Source: Candidatus Iainarchaeum sp.
GTDB taxonomy: Archaea > Iainarchaeota > Iainarchaeia > Iainarchaeales > DTGL01
Reading direction: 5' to 3'
DNA: 64,000 bases
NCBI GenBank assembly: GCA_026413945.1
Contig: JAOAJX010000003.1
Location: forward strand, 32,001-96,000
The notes under the pieces were generated by a model. It had not been told where the DNA came from and searched no databases. It saw nothing but the letters and a program-made list of their open reading frames with translations. Position numbers and translations under genes: made by a program. The number at the start of each line of letters is the position of its first letter. Within the stretch, counting starts at the first letter, position 1. Shown here in pieces: positions 38,247 to 49,400 of this stretch.

Positions 38247-39176
38247 AATAATTGTCCAGAAAGCACAATTGGCCGCAACACAAAGCCACATAATTGCAAC
38301 AATTGCCGGCTCTTTTTTCGGACCAACTAAAAGCACCACCATTTTGGCAAAGTCAAGTTTTCTGCTTTCAGGAACCCCAAGAGTGCCATCTCTGTTTATC
38401 TTGTAAGGCGGCTCCTTTTTTTGGCTAGGATCCTTTGGATTAGTAAGTATTTTTAAAGAAAAATCAATCATGTGCGGCAAGAAGAAAGGAAAAGTCACAA
38501 ACATAAGCCATAGTGATTTTTGCATTACAACGATGCCTGCTATGGCAGAGCCGATTAAAAGAGTTCCGGAATCGCCAGGAAAAACCTTGGCAGGATATCT
38601 GTTTAAAATAAGAAAACCCAATAGTGAGCAAATAAATGGTAAAAAAACCAAAGATAAGTATGTTTTGTCAGGCAAGAGCACAAGCGCAAAGAAAATCGAA
38701 ATTATAAGCCCCGAACCAGCCTCTAAGCCATTAAGCCCAGCGAATGTGTTTTCAAAACTAGCAACGCCTGCAAGGTAAAGTGCTGCTAGAACAACTAGCA
38801 AAAGATTGCTGCCAAAGAAGGTAAATGAGAACAGCAGCGAAAGTACTGCTATTATTGCAGCCCTGAAGCGCCAAGGTATCGCTTTTGCTTTTGCCTTGTG
38901 CTTCATATCATCTATATAGCCAACTATAGAAAAACCGCTCACCATAATAGCCCAGGCAATAAAGCTAAAATCCCATTCACCTATAGAGGCCAATATTGCT
39001 GTCAACCATATTGGCAACAACATTGCAATACCTGTGCTTTCAGGCAACGCTGGCTTATCAACTTTGTTTATGTCTATTCCCTTTATGCCAACCTTAATAT
39101 TGTGCTTTGCAACTGCTTTTACTAGCAAATAGGTTAAAGCGAAGCAAGTCAAACATAAAGCCAATATTTTAAGCAA
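38229..39176 (-). CDS. Polyprenyl-phosphate GlcNAc-1-phosphate transferase (AglH/GPT, MraY family)
   Basis: GIDINK, PESTG, GYIDD, NTFAGLNGLE, YPAKVFPGDSGT. Confidence 0.9.
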   Translation of the reverse strand: MLKILALCLTCFALTYLLVKAVAKHNIKVGIKGIDINKVDKPALPESTGIAMLLPIWLTAILASIGEWDFSFIAWAIMVSGFSIVGYIDDMKHKAKAKAIPWRFRAAIIAVLSLLFSFTFFGSNLLLVVLAALYLAGVASFENTFAGLNGLEAGSGLIISIFFALVLLPDKTYLSLVFLPFICSLLGFLILNRYPAKVFPGDSGTLLIGSAIAGIVVMQKSLWLMFVTFPFFLPHMIDFSLKILTNPKDPSQKKEPPYKINRDGTLGVPESRKLDFAKMVVLLVGPKKEPAIVAIMWLCVAANCAFWTIILFLLK

Positions 39177-39231
39177 CCATCCACCTTCATATCTTTTACA
39201 TGATAAGTTTTAAATTGTAAACTAATTATTC

Positions 39232-40488
39232 TTATGCGATATTTTTTGTCTTCATAATTTCCATTAAAACAGTTGTTGCGTAGCTACCCTTTTCCAGCTC
39301 AAAGTATATTTTGCATAGATTTTTACCAGGGAAAAAGTCATCGGCACGAATTTCAAGAACAGCCAACTTTTCTGGAACTACTACTATTTTTCTGCGGGCC
39401 CCAGCACTCGAGCATTCAGGCATCTTTTTAACTTTAAACATAGAAAAGTCAATATCCTCTTCTGCAAGCACTTCCCTTTCAATCTTCCCAATGGCACCGG
39501 CAGTAAAAGACGAGTCAAAGCCTGGCAACAAACCTAAAGGCACGCCATTATCGTGCGGTTCACCATTAATTGCTTTTAGGCACGTGTTTGTTTCAAGTCG
39601 CCTATCAAGTATTCTGTTGAACAAATATGCTTGATAGGCGTGTGTAAAAAGGAAAACAATCTTTTTAGGTAGTTTTCTTAAAGCCCCAACATAGTCTCCC
39701 CTGTGTGATGCCAAATGATGAAGCATTGCCCTTTCGTACCTATATTTTTTTGGAAATGAATTGAGAGCACCTCTCAAGTCATTCTTTGCTGCTAACCTCC
39801 TAGCTTCCCTAACGGCTTCGCTTTCTTGCTCAGATTCCGTAGAAAGATAAATCATTACTGCATTTTCATAGTTGCCCTTTATTATCTCCTTACCGACAAG
39901 ATGACTTATATTTCTTATACCACCAAATCTCTGAGCCCCAAAATAATTCGCAATACCATTTTTCATCTCCCTAAAGCAAGATTCAACATTTGCCTTTATC
40001 TCATCTTCACCAAGGCCAATATTTCTTATTGTTACTGTAAAAGCATTTCCAGAAAGCATTCCCAAGTCTATTTGATTTTCAGCCCATAAAGCTTTCTTAA
40101 GCAAGATAGTATTGGTTCCAAAACCAATGATAAGATCAAGATTTGGTTTAAATATACTTATGCGTTGGCATGTTATTGCTCTTTTGTCTTTTATGCCAGC
40201 ATATCCAATTCTTCTTGGGCTACAGTGCAGAGCCCTTGAAAGCTGCCTTATCGCATCGTGCAAATCCCTGTTTTTTTTCTGTAGCTCAACCCAAAGATAG
40301 CTTTTCTCAACACCATCCGGCTTATCAAGAAACGGCTTTCCAAAATCTTCTATAGTAACTGCACATTTGTAACTTTCGTGTAGCTCCTCAACAATAAAAT
40401 CAGCATACCTGTGCTTTATTTTGCCGCCAATGCCAGGGCTTTTTGTTGAGAATCGCCACAATGTAGAATTTTCTTGCATTTCCGCCAT
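39232..40488 (-). CDS. truD: tRNA pseudouridine(13) synthase
   Basis: DFIVEE, YAGIKDKRAITCQ, GNAFTVTIR, NYFGAQRFG, FELEKGSYAT. Confidence 0.95.
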   Translation of the reverse strand: MAEMQENSTLWRFSTKSPGIGGKIKHRYADFIVEELHESYKCAVTIEDFGKPFLDKPDGVEKSYLWVELQKKNRDLHDAIRQLSRALHCSPRRIGYAGIKDKRAITCQRISIFKPNLDLIIGFGTNTILLKKALWAENQIDLGMLSGNAFTVTIRNIGLGEDEIKANVESCFREMKNGIANYFGAQRFGGIRNISHLVGKEIIKGNYENAVMIYLSTESEQESEAVREARRLAAKNDLRGALNSFPKKYRYERAMLHHLASHRGDYVGALRKLPKKIVFLFTHAYQAYLFNRILDRRLETNTCLKAINGEPHDNGVPLGLLPGFDSSFTAGAIGKIEREVLAEEDIDFSMFKVKKMPECSSAGARRKIVVVPEKLAVLEIRADDFFPGKNLCKIYFELEKGSYATTVLMEIMKTKNIA

Positions 40489-40490
40489 CA

Positions 40491-41732
40491 CTACCTATAC
40501 CTTAATATTCCGCCAAGGCCACCAAATGTTTTCCAAAATTGCTCGCCTTCGTCAGTTTCAGTGCTTATTATTATTGTTTTTGTGCCCATTTTTTCAGCTT
40601 TTTTCATCAACAATTCAACGTAATCATTCTCTTCCAAAATTTCCATCTCATAGCCACATTTATCACACTTTAGACTAGGCGACTCCGACTCCTCAATTGT
40701 AACCATCTTTTGAAAGCCGCAATGAGTGCATTGCATTTTGTATGCTGTTTTATTTATCCTCTCGCTTATGAGAAGCTTTGCAACTTTTCCAGATTCGAGC
40801 GCATCAATAGTTTCCTTTTCACCATATACTGCAAGCCCTGTTTTTATTATGTTTGTCATGAATTCGCTGACTGCTTCCTTTTCTTTCACTACTGCTGCGT
40901 TTTTTAGAAGCTCCTTGCCCCTTTCAATAGCTTCCTTTATCCCATACTCGTCAGTATATGATGTACTAACAGTGCCAATAATTTTGCTCTTTAATCTATA
41001 ATCCAAAAAGTCCTTTTCGAGAAAAGTTTCTTTTGTAAAGCCGGGCCCAGCAACTATAATACCATTTAGCTTTTCAGCATAAGGCACTAAAGCGCTGTTT
41101 ACTGCTTCGCTCACTTTCTTGTAAAAGTTGTGTTCTGCCTCTTCACGCAGATGCTCAAATCGCTTTGCAGATTGGCCACCTGCGCGTTGCTTTCCTGCAA
41201 CATTGCTGTTGAAGTGCCCTATTATCTCATAAGATTTGCCCTTAAGTATTGCGATGGTTGCCTCATTCTTGTCTATGGTAATTATTCCGTAGATTTCGGT
41301 TGGTAAAACCATTTGCTTTAATGGCTCTAGGTTAAACTCCGAATCGCACCAATACATTTTCGTTTCTAGCTTTTTTATAGGGACTACCGTAAATAATCTT
41401 ATGTCCGATTTTCCTTCCTGCTTAGAGATGTTCCCGCAGAAAATAGCAAGCCCATTTTTTGGAATATCAAAGTCAATTTGCTTTATAAGGTTTATTATTC
41501 TCTTAAGAGCACTCTGCACATTTTTTCTCGTGCTCGGATCTTTAATATTTGAACTCTGACTTTTTTCATTTATAAGCTGTGACATTATTGCACTTCTATC
41601 GGCGCCATATGGGACGTAAAGAGAAATAAGCTCTGTACCACTGCCTTTTAAAGAACTCAGTTTTCTTAGCTTTTTGTTGAACAGGTTCAGCTCACTATCG
41701 CTTATTTCCTCTATAAAGTCCTTTTTCATCAT
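40491..41732 (-). CDS. prf1: Peptide chain release factor aRF1
   Basis: GTELISLY, NIKD (NIKS position), YWCDSEF, GGQSAKRF, Zn mini-domain, FGGLGGILRY. Confidence 0.96.
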   Translation of the reverse strand: MMKKDFIEEISDSELNLFNKKLRKLSSLKGSGTELISLYVPYGADRSAIMSQLINEKSQSSNIKDPSTRKNVQSALKRIINLIKQIDFDIPKNGLAIFCGNISKQEGKSDIRLFTVVPIKKLETKMYWCDSEFNLEPLKQMVLPTEIYGIITIDKNEATIAILKGKSYEIIGHFNSNVAGKQRAGGQSAKRFEHLREEAEHNFYKKVSEAVNSALVPYAEKLNGIIVAGPGFTKETFLEKDFLDYRLKSKIIGTVSTSYTDEYGIKEAIERGKELLKNAAVVKEKEAVSEFMTNIIKTGLAVYGEKETIDALESGKVAKLLISERINKTAYKMQCTHCGFQKMVTIEESESPSLKCDKCGYEMEILEENDYVELLMKKAEKMGTKTIIISTETDEGEQFWKTFGGLGGILRYR

Positions 41733-41832
41733 CGCGCAACACACTCAATGACCAAATTAGCTAATAAGGCATATGCTTTAAATATAATTAAAACTACTAT
41801 AAATAAGAATAAAAACCTTAAGAGGTGCAAAA

Positions 41833-42618
41833 ATGTTCGATGAAAGCTTCTTCAAGATATTCAATGAGAGCCAAGCATCAGAAAAGCAACCCACAGAGAG
41901 TTCTGGTGATGTTGAAGAAATAGATTTTGATAGAAAGCCTGTTGTTCTTTCCGTGGGCGGCTCTCTTATAGCACAAGAGAAGCCAAACGCTTCTTTTATT
42001 GGCAAATTTTCCGAAAAAATAAAAGAGCTCTGGACTGAAGGCCACAGATTTGCGATAGTAGTTGGCGGCGGAGCTATATGCAGAAACTACATTGCCGCAG
42101 CAAAAGCTTTGGGAGCAAACAACTATTCTGCAGATGCTTTGGCAATAATGGTTACGCGAGTAAATGCAATGTTATTAATACAAGGCCTTGAAAAAGCATA
42201 TCCCCAAGTGCTTGAAAATGTGTTCGCTTCGAAGAAGGTTTTAAATGCAGGCATGATTCCTGTTTACGGTGGCCTTTTGCCAGGCATAACTACGGATTGT
42301 GTTGCAGCATTATTGGCAGAATTTCTTGGCGGAACTTTCATTAACCTCACAAATGTAGATGGAGTATATTCATCAGATCCGAGGGATAATCCAAGGGCGA
42401 AGTTTTACCCAGAAATTTCATATGAGCGCTTAATTTCTTTAATTTCTGTAGCAGAAAGCAAGCCCGGGCAAAATTTAGTGATGGATTTGCCGTCCTGCCT
42501 TATTCTGAAGCGCTCTAAAATACCTGCTATAATTCTAAATGGAAATGATTTAGATAATTTTGCTTCAGCAGTTCGCGGTCTCCCCTTTAAGGGGACAAAG
42601 GTTTGTGAAAAGGCCTAA
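41833..42618 (+). CDS. pyrH: UMP kinase
   Basis: VLSVGGS, VVGGG..CRNY, PGITTD, TNVDGVYSSDP. Confidence 0.93.
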   Translation: MFDESFFKIFNESQASEKQPTESSGDVEEIDFDRKPVVLSVGGSLIAQEKPNASFIGKFSEKIKELWTEGHRFAIVVGGGAICRNYIAAAKALGANNYSADALAIMVTRVNAMLLIQGLEKAYPQVLENVFASKKVLNAGMIPVYGGLLPGITTDCVAALLAEFLGGTFINLTNVDGVYSSDPRDNPRAKFYPEISYERLISLISVAESKPGQNLVMDLPSCLILKRSKIPAIILNGNDLDNFASAVRGLPFKGTKVCEKA

Positions 42619-43574
42619 GCTTTTTTAAAGATCGTTTTTAGTTCCTCGAAAGTTATTGCGGGAGTTTTCCAGTGTGCTAAATCATCACTTATGCGTGGGC
42701 AAGCAATTATTACATAACAATCAAGCATAAAATCTAAAAGTGAAGTTTCAGATACAATTTCGGTTGCAATAAGAACTGCTTTTCTGCCATTTTTCTCAAG
42801 AATTCTCTTTGCCTCAAATGCTTCTCTTTCAAAAAACTGCCCTGGCTTTGTACTCATAACAACTCCAAAGTTTTTAGCATGATATGCCTTTAGCATTGCA
42901 AAATTCCTCTTGATGAGTTTTTTTTCAATATCCTTAAAACTTAGCAATGATATTTTCTTCGAAAGAGGATCTAAAATAATAACATTTTTACCTGTATTTT
43001 TTGAAATACCAATGGCATGGAAAAAACCATCTCCAACAAATAAAACATTTTCAGCATTGCATTCTGCAGCTTTTGTTTCACAACCCAAAACCATGCCTTT
43101 TTTTTCATGCCGGCCCTTTTTTAGCAATATGCTTATGCCAAGCCTTTTTGCTTCTTTTTTGAGCCATTTTAGAAGCAATAAATATTGTGCTGTCGCTGTT
43201 CCACAGACTTTCTTAATTCCACTCGAGGATAAATGCTCATAGAGAATTCTGAGCAACTCTTCTTTTTCAGCATGGTTAAACTCGTATCTAAGAGGAATAT
43301 AAACAATGCCCTTCATTTTAATCATTTTTTCATGACCTATATGGATTACTAAATCTGGTTTTATTGCACTTATTGTGCCAATTGGTATATCGCATGCTCC
43401 AAAGCAGGAATCAGCAGAGATTATGAAAGTAGTGTATAATCTATTCTCCAAATCTTGCAACAAATTATTTAGCTTCATCTTTACACCTGCTGGTGCCTGC
43501 ACAAGCACTTTCTTTGCACGATTCTTTTTTATTGCATTTTCAATTTTTTTTATATCAATGTAAAGCTCGACCAT
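42615..43574 (-). CDS. dph2: Diphthamide biosynthesis enzyme Dph2
   Basis: CFGACD, HIGH, VLGC, GDGFFH, KPGQ, ACPRI. Confidence 0.93.
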   Translation of the reverse strand: MVELYIDIKKIENAIKKNRAKKVLVQAPAGVKMKLNNLLQDLENRLYTTFIISADSCFGACDIPIGTISAIKPDLVIHIGHEKMIKMKGIVYIPLRYEFNHAEKEELLRILYEHLSSSGIKKVCGTATAQYLLLLKWLKKEAKRLGISILLKKGRHEKKGMVLGCETKAAECNAENVLFVGDGFFHAIGISKNTGKNVIILDPLSKKISLLSFKDIEKKLIKRNFAMLKAYHAKNFGVVMSTKPGQFFEREAFEAKRILEKNGRKAVLIATEIVSETSLLDFMLDCYVIIACPRISDDLAHWKTPAITFEELKTIFKKA

Positions 43575-43668
43575 AACAATCGCTATAGTTATTATTTATC
43601 GTGCGTTCGTATTTATACACTTGTGTTATACCAAGATTTAATATGTGAAAACCAAATCCACTTTTAGC

Positions 43669-46374
43669 TTAGTTTTCGTTTTTCATTAATTCGCTTATTT
43701 GCTTCGTGCTTTCAATTAGTAGCTTCTTTTCTTCGCTTATCACAACTGCCCTTATCTTTTCAACGCTATCAATATTAGCAGATACTGAGTCAATGCCATA
43801 TTTAATTAGTATTTTTACCATTTCTGGATTGCTTGCTGCTTGGCCACAGATTGATGTAGTTACGCCAGCTTTCTTGCATGCATCTATTACCATCTTGATC
43901 AGCTTAAGTACGCCGGGGTGCATCTCGTTGAAATATTTTTGTATACGCTCGTTGTTCCTGTCAAGACCAAGAGTTAACTGTGTGAGATCATTTGTGCCAA
44001 ATGATATAAAATCAATGCCTTCAGCAATGATGTCTTCTATTGTAAGTGCTGCTGATGGCACTTCAATCATAACACCGAACTCAAGTACTCCTTTCTCTCT
44101 TTTAAGGCCAACTTCCTCAGCAACCTTTTTTGCCTCACGTATCTGCTCTGCAGTGTGCACAAATGGAAGCATAACCCCTATGTTTGAATAGCCCTCATCG
44201 ATAAGTTGCTTTATTGCGATGAATTGTGCTTTAAGCAAATCTTTCTGGTCGAGGTCTCTCCTAATTCCATGCCACCCCAGCATTGGATTTTCTTCGTGTG
44301 GCTCATATTTGCCGCCTTCAAGATTCCTGAACTCATCTGTTCTTGCATCAAAAGTCCTGTACCAGACAGGTTTTCCTTTAAATTTAGAAACAACTTGCTC
44401 TATGCCATCATGGACTGCCTTTACAAGCTTGTCAAACTCATTTCTCCTCAAATACTCTGCAGGGTGAATACCTTGTGCAGTTATCATGTGCTCAGCTCTC
44501 AATAAACCAACCCCATCTGCACCAGTTTTAGCTGCTCTTTCAGCCGCTTCTGGAAGAGCAACATTGACTTTCACTGCTGGCGCAAGCTCCGAAAGAAGTT
44601 TTAATATCATTCGCTCCTCTTCTTCCAACTCCGATTTTTCCATTTCTTCCGCTTTTATGCCCCCAAATCTCTCAATAATCTCCTCTGCTTCTTCTTTGTG
44701 CTCTTTTATTTTACTTCTCTCACCAATGCTTCTCTGTATAGCTTCTTTTATCCTGCTTATTTTAACTTGCAGTGCACCCACTCTTTCCCTTTCTTCTTTT
44801 ACTTCATCTAAAACTTCCTGTTTTTCTTTTAACTGTTCTGCCATTCCTTTGAGGCCCGCCTTTGGCTTAGAATAAACATCCTCTTTCTGCAAGACTTTAT
44901 ACCTTTCGCTTTCTTCACTTTTGAGCTCAAGTTTTATTGCTTCTTCTATCTCATCTATTTCTTGAAGGCGTATTATCTTGTCTGTTGTTTTTTCTGGCAT
45001 TGCTAAATGTACTTCTCCTTCATAGACGAATCCTTTATAACCGTCAACTGTAACAACTACGTCATCTTTCAAGACCTTGGTTGCATTCTCTGTTCCTACC
45101 ACACAAGGTATGCCAAGCTCCCTGCTAACAATTGCCGCGTGGCAAGTTGTGCCTCCCTCATCTGTGACAATTGCCGCAGATTTTTTCATTATCGGAACCC
45201 AATCTGGATTGGTCATCTTAGTTACCAGAATTTGCCCCTCTTTTACTTTTGCTATTGCAGAGATATTTGGTACTACAGAAACTTTACCAGTTACAATTCC
45301 CGGGCTTGCAGCAAGGCCATCTAATAATATTTTATTCTCAAATTTCTCCACCTCAACTCTTCTTCGGAACTCACTTTCAATCTTATCTTTGAGTGATAGC
45401 GTTGTTATTGCTCTGCTCTGCAATATTTTTACCTCATTTCCTTCTATGGCCCACTCAATATCTTGTGGTGCCTTATAATGAGCTTCAATCTGTCTTCCAA
45501 TTTTTGCTATTTCTATTATTTTATCATCACCAATCTTTTGCTTTGCACCCTTATTTTGGAGTAGCTTAACTTTTCTTGTTTTCTCCCCCTCTTTTTTTAA
45601 CATCCACTTTTGGTAGCTTATTTTTTTGTCAATTATCTTTAATGTGTTTTTGTCTACTACATACGTGTCTGGAGTTATGCTTCCCGAAACAATAGCTTCA
45701 CCGAGGCCAAAACAGGCCTCTATTATTATTTTGCTCGTATCCCCTGTTGGATCTGCTGTAAACATTACACCGCTTTTTTCAGAATCAACCATGCTTTGCA
45801 CTACGACAGCTATTCCAACCTTTTCTGTAGCAAAGTTCTTTTTCTTTCTGTAGAATACTGCTCTTGCAGTAAACAATGATGCCCAGCAGTTCTTTACTGC
45901 TGTAAGCAATTCTTGGCAGCCATGAACATTAAGATAAGTTTCCTGTTGTCCCGCAAAGCTTGCTTCTGGCAAATCTTCAGCAGTAGCAGAACTTCTTACA
46001 GCAACAAAAGCCTGTTCGCTTGAGGTTAACCAGGCAATGCGGTGCTTCCCAAGCTTGTTGTATTCGCAAAGTATTTCTCTTTTGAGACCTTCACTCATAG
46101 GCGTCTTTTTTATAAGTGTGCGGATTTCAGCCGTTGTTCTCTTCAGTTTTTCTGTATCATCAACGTTTAGATTTTCAATTTTATCAATAATGGTTTTCTT
46201 AATACCGGTTTCTTCTATAAAGTTGAAATAAGCATTTGAGGTAATTATGAATCCGCACGGTACCGGGAAATTTGCACTAGCAAGTTCACCGAGATTGGCA
46301 CCTTTGCCACCTACGAGAGGTATATCTTTAGCGCTTACCTCATGAAACCAAACTATGTTGCGCACAAATGTCAC
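43669..46374 (-). CDS. ppsA: Phosphoenolpyruvate synthase with large charged insertion
   Basis: VGGKGANLGEL, AVRSSATAEDLPEASFAGQQ, TCHAAIVSRELG, NPMLGWHGIR, SFGTNDLTQ, SICGQA. Confidence 0.96.
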   Translation of the reverse strand: MTFVRNIVWFHEVSAKDIPLVGGKGANLGELASANFPVPCGFIITSNAYFNFIEETGIKKTIIDKIENLNVDDTEKLKRTTAEIRTLIKKTPMSEGLKREILCEYNKLGKHRIAWLTSSEQAFVAVRSSATAEDLPEASFAGQQETYLNVHGCQELLTAVKNCWASLFTARAVFYRKKKNFATEKVGIAVVVQSMVDSEKSGVMFTADPTGDTSKIIIEACFGLGEAIVSGSITPDTYVVDKNTLKIIDKKISYQKWMLKKEGEKTRKVKLLQNKGAKQKIGDDKIIEIAKIGRQIEAHYKAPQDIEWAIEGNEVKILQSRAITTLSLKDKIESEFRRRVEVEKFENKILLDGLAASPGIVTGKVSVVPNISAIAKVKEGQILVTKMTNPDWVPIMKKSAAIVTDEGGTTCHAAIVSRELGIPCVVGTENATKVLKDDVVVTVDGYKGFVYEGEVHLAMPEKTTDKIIRLQEIDEIEEAIKLELKSEESERYKVLQKEDVYSKPKAGLKGMAEQLKEKQEVLDEVKEERERVGALQVKISRIKEAIQRSIGERSKIKEHKEEAEEIIERFGGIKAEEMEKSELEEEERMILKLLSELAPAVKVNVALPEAAERAAKTGADGVGLLRAEHMITAQGIHPAEYLRRNEFDKLVKAVHDGIEQVVSKFKGKPVWYRTFDARTDEFRNLEGGKYEPHEENPMLGWHGIRRDLDQKDLLKAQFIAIKQLIDEGYSNIGVMLPFVHTAEQIREAKKVAEEVGLKREKGVLEFGVMIEVPSAALTIEDIIAEGIDFISFGTNDLTQLTLGLDRNNERIQKYFNEMHPGVLKLIKMVIDACKKAGVTTSICGQAASNPEMVKILIKYGIDSVSANIDSVEKIRAVVISEEKKLLIESTKQISELMKNEN

Positions 46375-46405
46375 CTCAATAAATAAAGCATTTTTATTTA
46401 TTAAA

Positions 46406-49400
46406 TTAACGCTTTTTTGGTTTTAAAGGAATATTGCCTTTGGCCATTGATCTTATTTTTGTAAGTCTTAAAATCGCTTCGCTGTATTTTTCCTTAAATT
46501 CTGCTTTACTTATGTGCTTTTTCATATAAGCTATCTTAAGCCTTTTTATCAAAGATCGCAAGCTTTCTTCTTCGGTTTTTAGATTTTTCATTAGATCTCT
46601 CCTCTCCAAAGTTTTGGATAATATTCTAAATCCCATATAAGCAAAAACTGAAAAAGAGACAATTAAGACTAACAGCCAATTAATATTCTCGTCTTGTTTG
46701 ATCAGTACTACCATTTCCTGTTGATAGGCATATGGCTCTTCAAGCATAAGCTTCAAATAGTGTTCTCCGAAACCCAATGGCTCTTCAAGATTTGCAACAT
46801 AAAAGCCACCCGACTTTTTAAATACTACTGCCGAGTTCTTGCCATCAATATTGATTTTTCCATAAATCTCTTCTTCCGTAGGCGTACTATCATCGCTCTT
46901 CAATATAAAGAGCTTTATACTGTTAGTTGGGCCAAGGGAAATGTTGATACCTTGCTTTGGCTCTATCACGGTTACAGTAAAATTTACTAAATAAATAGAA
47001 AAATTTTCTAATGCAACCCAACTCTTATTTTTGTCAAACGCTACTGCCTTTGCTTCACACCCAAGTTTATTACTTTTAAGATCATTTGGTACTTGTATCT
47101 TTAGCAGATGTACATCTTCTTCAGCTTTATAAATTGCCTTTCCGCCATCGCCATTATCACATAAAAACTCAACATTGCCTTTAAGCCCTATTGTAGAGGT
47201 TATTTTTCCTTTGATTGTCAAAAACTGTCCTTTTACAGCACCTATATTGTAATCTGATAGTTCTAAATCAAAATTAGGATTATCTTTTGAAATAGGTATT
47301 CTAAGCTCTTCAGAAAAATAGTTTCCATATATATCCTCACCTTGAACATAAAGCACAAGACCTTGCTTGAGATTTTCCTCTGATATGCGATGGTCTAAAA
47401 CCATTCTATAATCATATGGGTTGCTTTTGCTGCTGACAGATGCAACTCTTTTCTTTGAATTACTACATTTAAGATAAGCTTCAATATATGCCATTTGCAC
47501 AGGTTGGTTTATCTGTGGCACCATCACTCTTATTATTGCATCTTTGATTTCTGAGTTTATGGGATAATTTTTTTCAGCAAAAGGATTATGGTATAATATA
47601 AGTTTCATTGGCTCAAAACTTAAAGGCAAACTACTATTTAATTCAATTTTTCCTGAACTTGAGCTTACCTTTGCAGATATTTTTAAGATTGTGCTATTTT
47701 TTGTTTTATAGTTTGGCAGGTAAGTAATCACCAATTCATTACCGTCAAACTTTGTATTCGTACTCAAACCATCAATAGTAGCGTAAATATTTGTTATTTG
47801 TGATGGTTCTATTGTTTTATTGCCCGCATCCATGAAAGTAACTCTTGCTTCTACCAATTCTGTTTTTTTTAAAGTTTCGCCCCATGTGGGTTTTATCAAC
47901 CTAACTCTTATTGCTGAGCGCTTTATCGTCACTTTTTTTTCTGCATAACCCAAATCTTCATCGTCGCTTCCAATAACGGAAACTTTTACCGTGTATTCCT
48001 TTTCATAATTCTCAAAGTTGGCTGGCAAATAATAAACATATTCTTTTTTATTTTTTTTATCAGTAATTATCCTACCATCGCCAAAATCCCATTTATATTT
48101 TAGCTCTGGATAAGCTGCGCTTACAACAAGCTCAAAAGTAATTACCTCGCCTTCATATGCAGTAGTCGGTTCTGCCTTAAAGCCAACTATACTTATTCTT
48201 TTCCTGTTTTGTTCTTGAGGCATGGTGAAAAAAGTTCCTCTGTAGTTTTTCAATTCTACATCAGTGAAACACTTTATCTCATACACGTAAATTGTATCGC
48301 TATAAAGTTCGGAAAAACTTTGCGTGTGTTCTTTGCTGTTAAGCGTAAAACTATCATACCAGGAAAATATGTCTTCAGTTTTCGCTATACCTATCCGACA
48401 TCTTGATTCAATACTAGTTTTCCATGTTATTTTTGCCTCGTTTGCTGATGTTTGCACTGAAACATCGCTTATTGAAAGTGTCCTAACGGTGGGTGTTGGA
48501 ATTGGTGAGTTTGAAGGTGTTTGAGTTTGCACTGGCGTTGGTGATGGGCTTGGTGAGGGCGATGGCTCAACCGATGATGAAAAATCCTCAACACAAAATT
48601 CAGCGCTTTTCTCCGTCTCCAAATTTCCTGCCTTGTCGGAAGATCTATAGTTTATTCTGTGACATCCAGCATCTGTAATATTAAATTCAGTTCCAGTTGA
48701 CCAATTGCTTCCATCAACACGATAATTTGTATCTTCGCACCCAGATACCAATTCGATTTCAGCAATATTTAAGCCTAGGCCATATGGTGAGGTATCTTTG
48801 CACACAAGGGAAATTTTTGGATTCTTTATTACACTTATATTATCAATCCTGAACTTGCCTATCGACTTTACATATGCATCGAACTTCACCTTAAAATTCA
48901 TAGTTCTGTATTCTTTAGGAATATCGATTTTAAATACTTCGCCCATCAAGTCAAGCTCGCTGCTAACTTTCTTAAAAAGTTGACAGTTGGTGTCAGAGCC
49001 GCTACAAAAATAAAGATATAAATAATCTTCAGCCCCCCAATTCTCTTTCATTGCCCAAAACTCAATTATCGCGCTTTCAGCACCGGCCAAATTTATGCTT
49101 TTTGAGATAAGATGCCCCTTTCTTTGTTCTGTTGCAGTTGCAATGCCTGTACGGTAACTTGTCTGGACTATGGTCCAATTGGTTTTTTCCCATCGCAACT
49201 CATCAAAAGTGTTTTTGTCAAAAGTATCCTTAAAAACAACTGATGCTTTCGACATTATCGCATCTGTTGGAGGTGCTACACCATCAACTTTTATGTACGC
49301 TACACTTGGCTTTTCAAAGTTACCTGCAAAATCCTTTGATGCATATGCTATTAGCGTAGGCTCATTTAAAGTCACAGTTATACTCGATTTTCCGGAGGAT

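Noticed and set aside
44590-45000. Intein in ppsA (also looked in lonB, fen and priS)
   Set aside because: No N-terminal C/S block, no His-Asn/C-S-T junction, no LAGLIDADG motif
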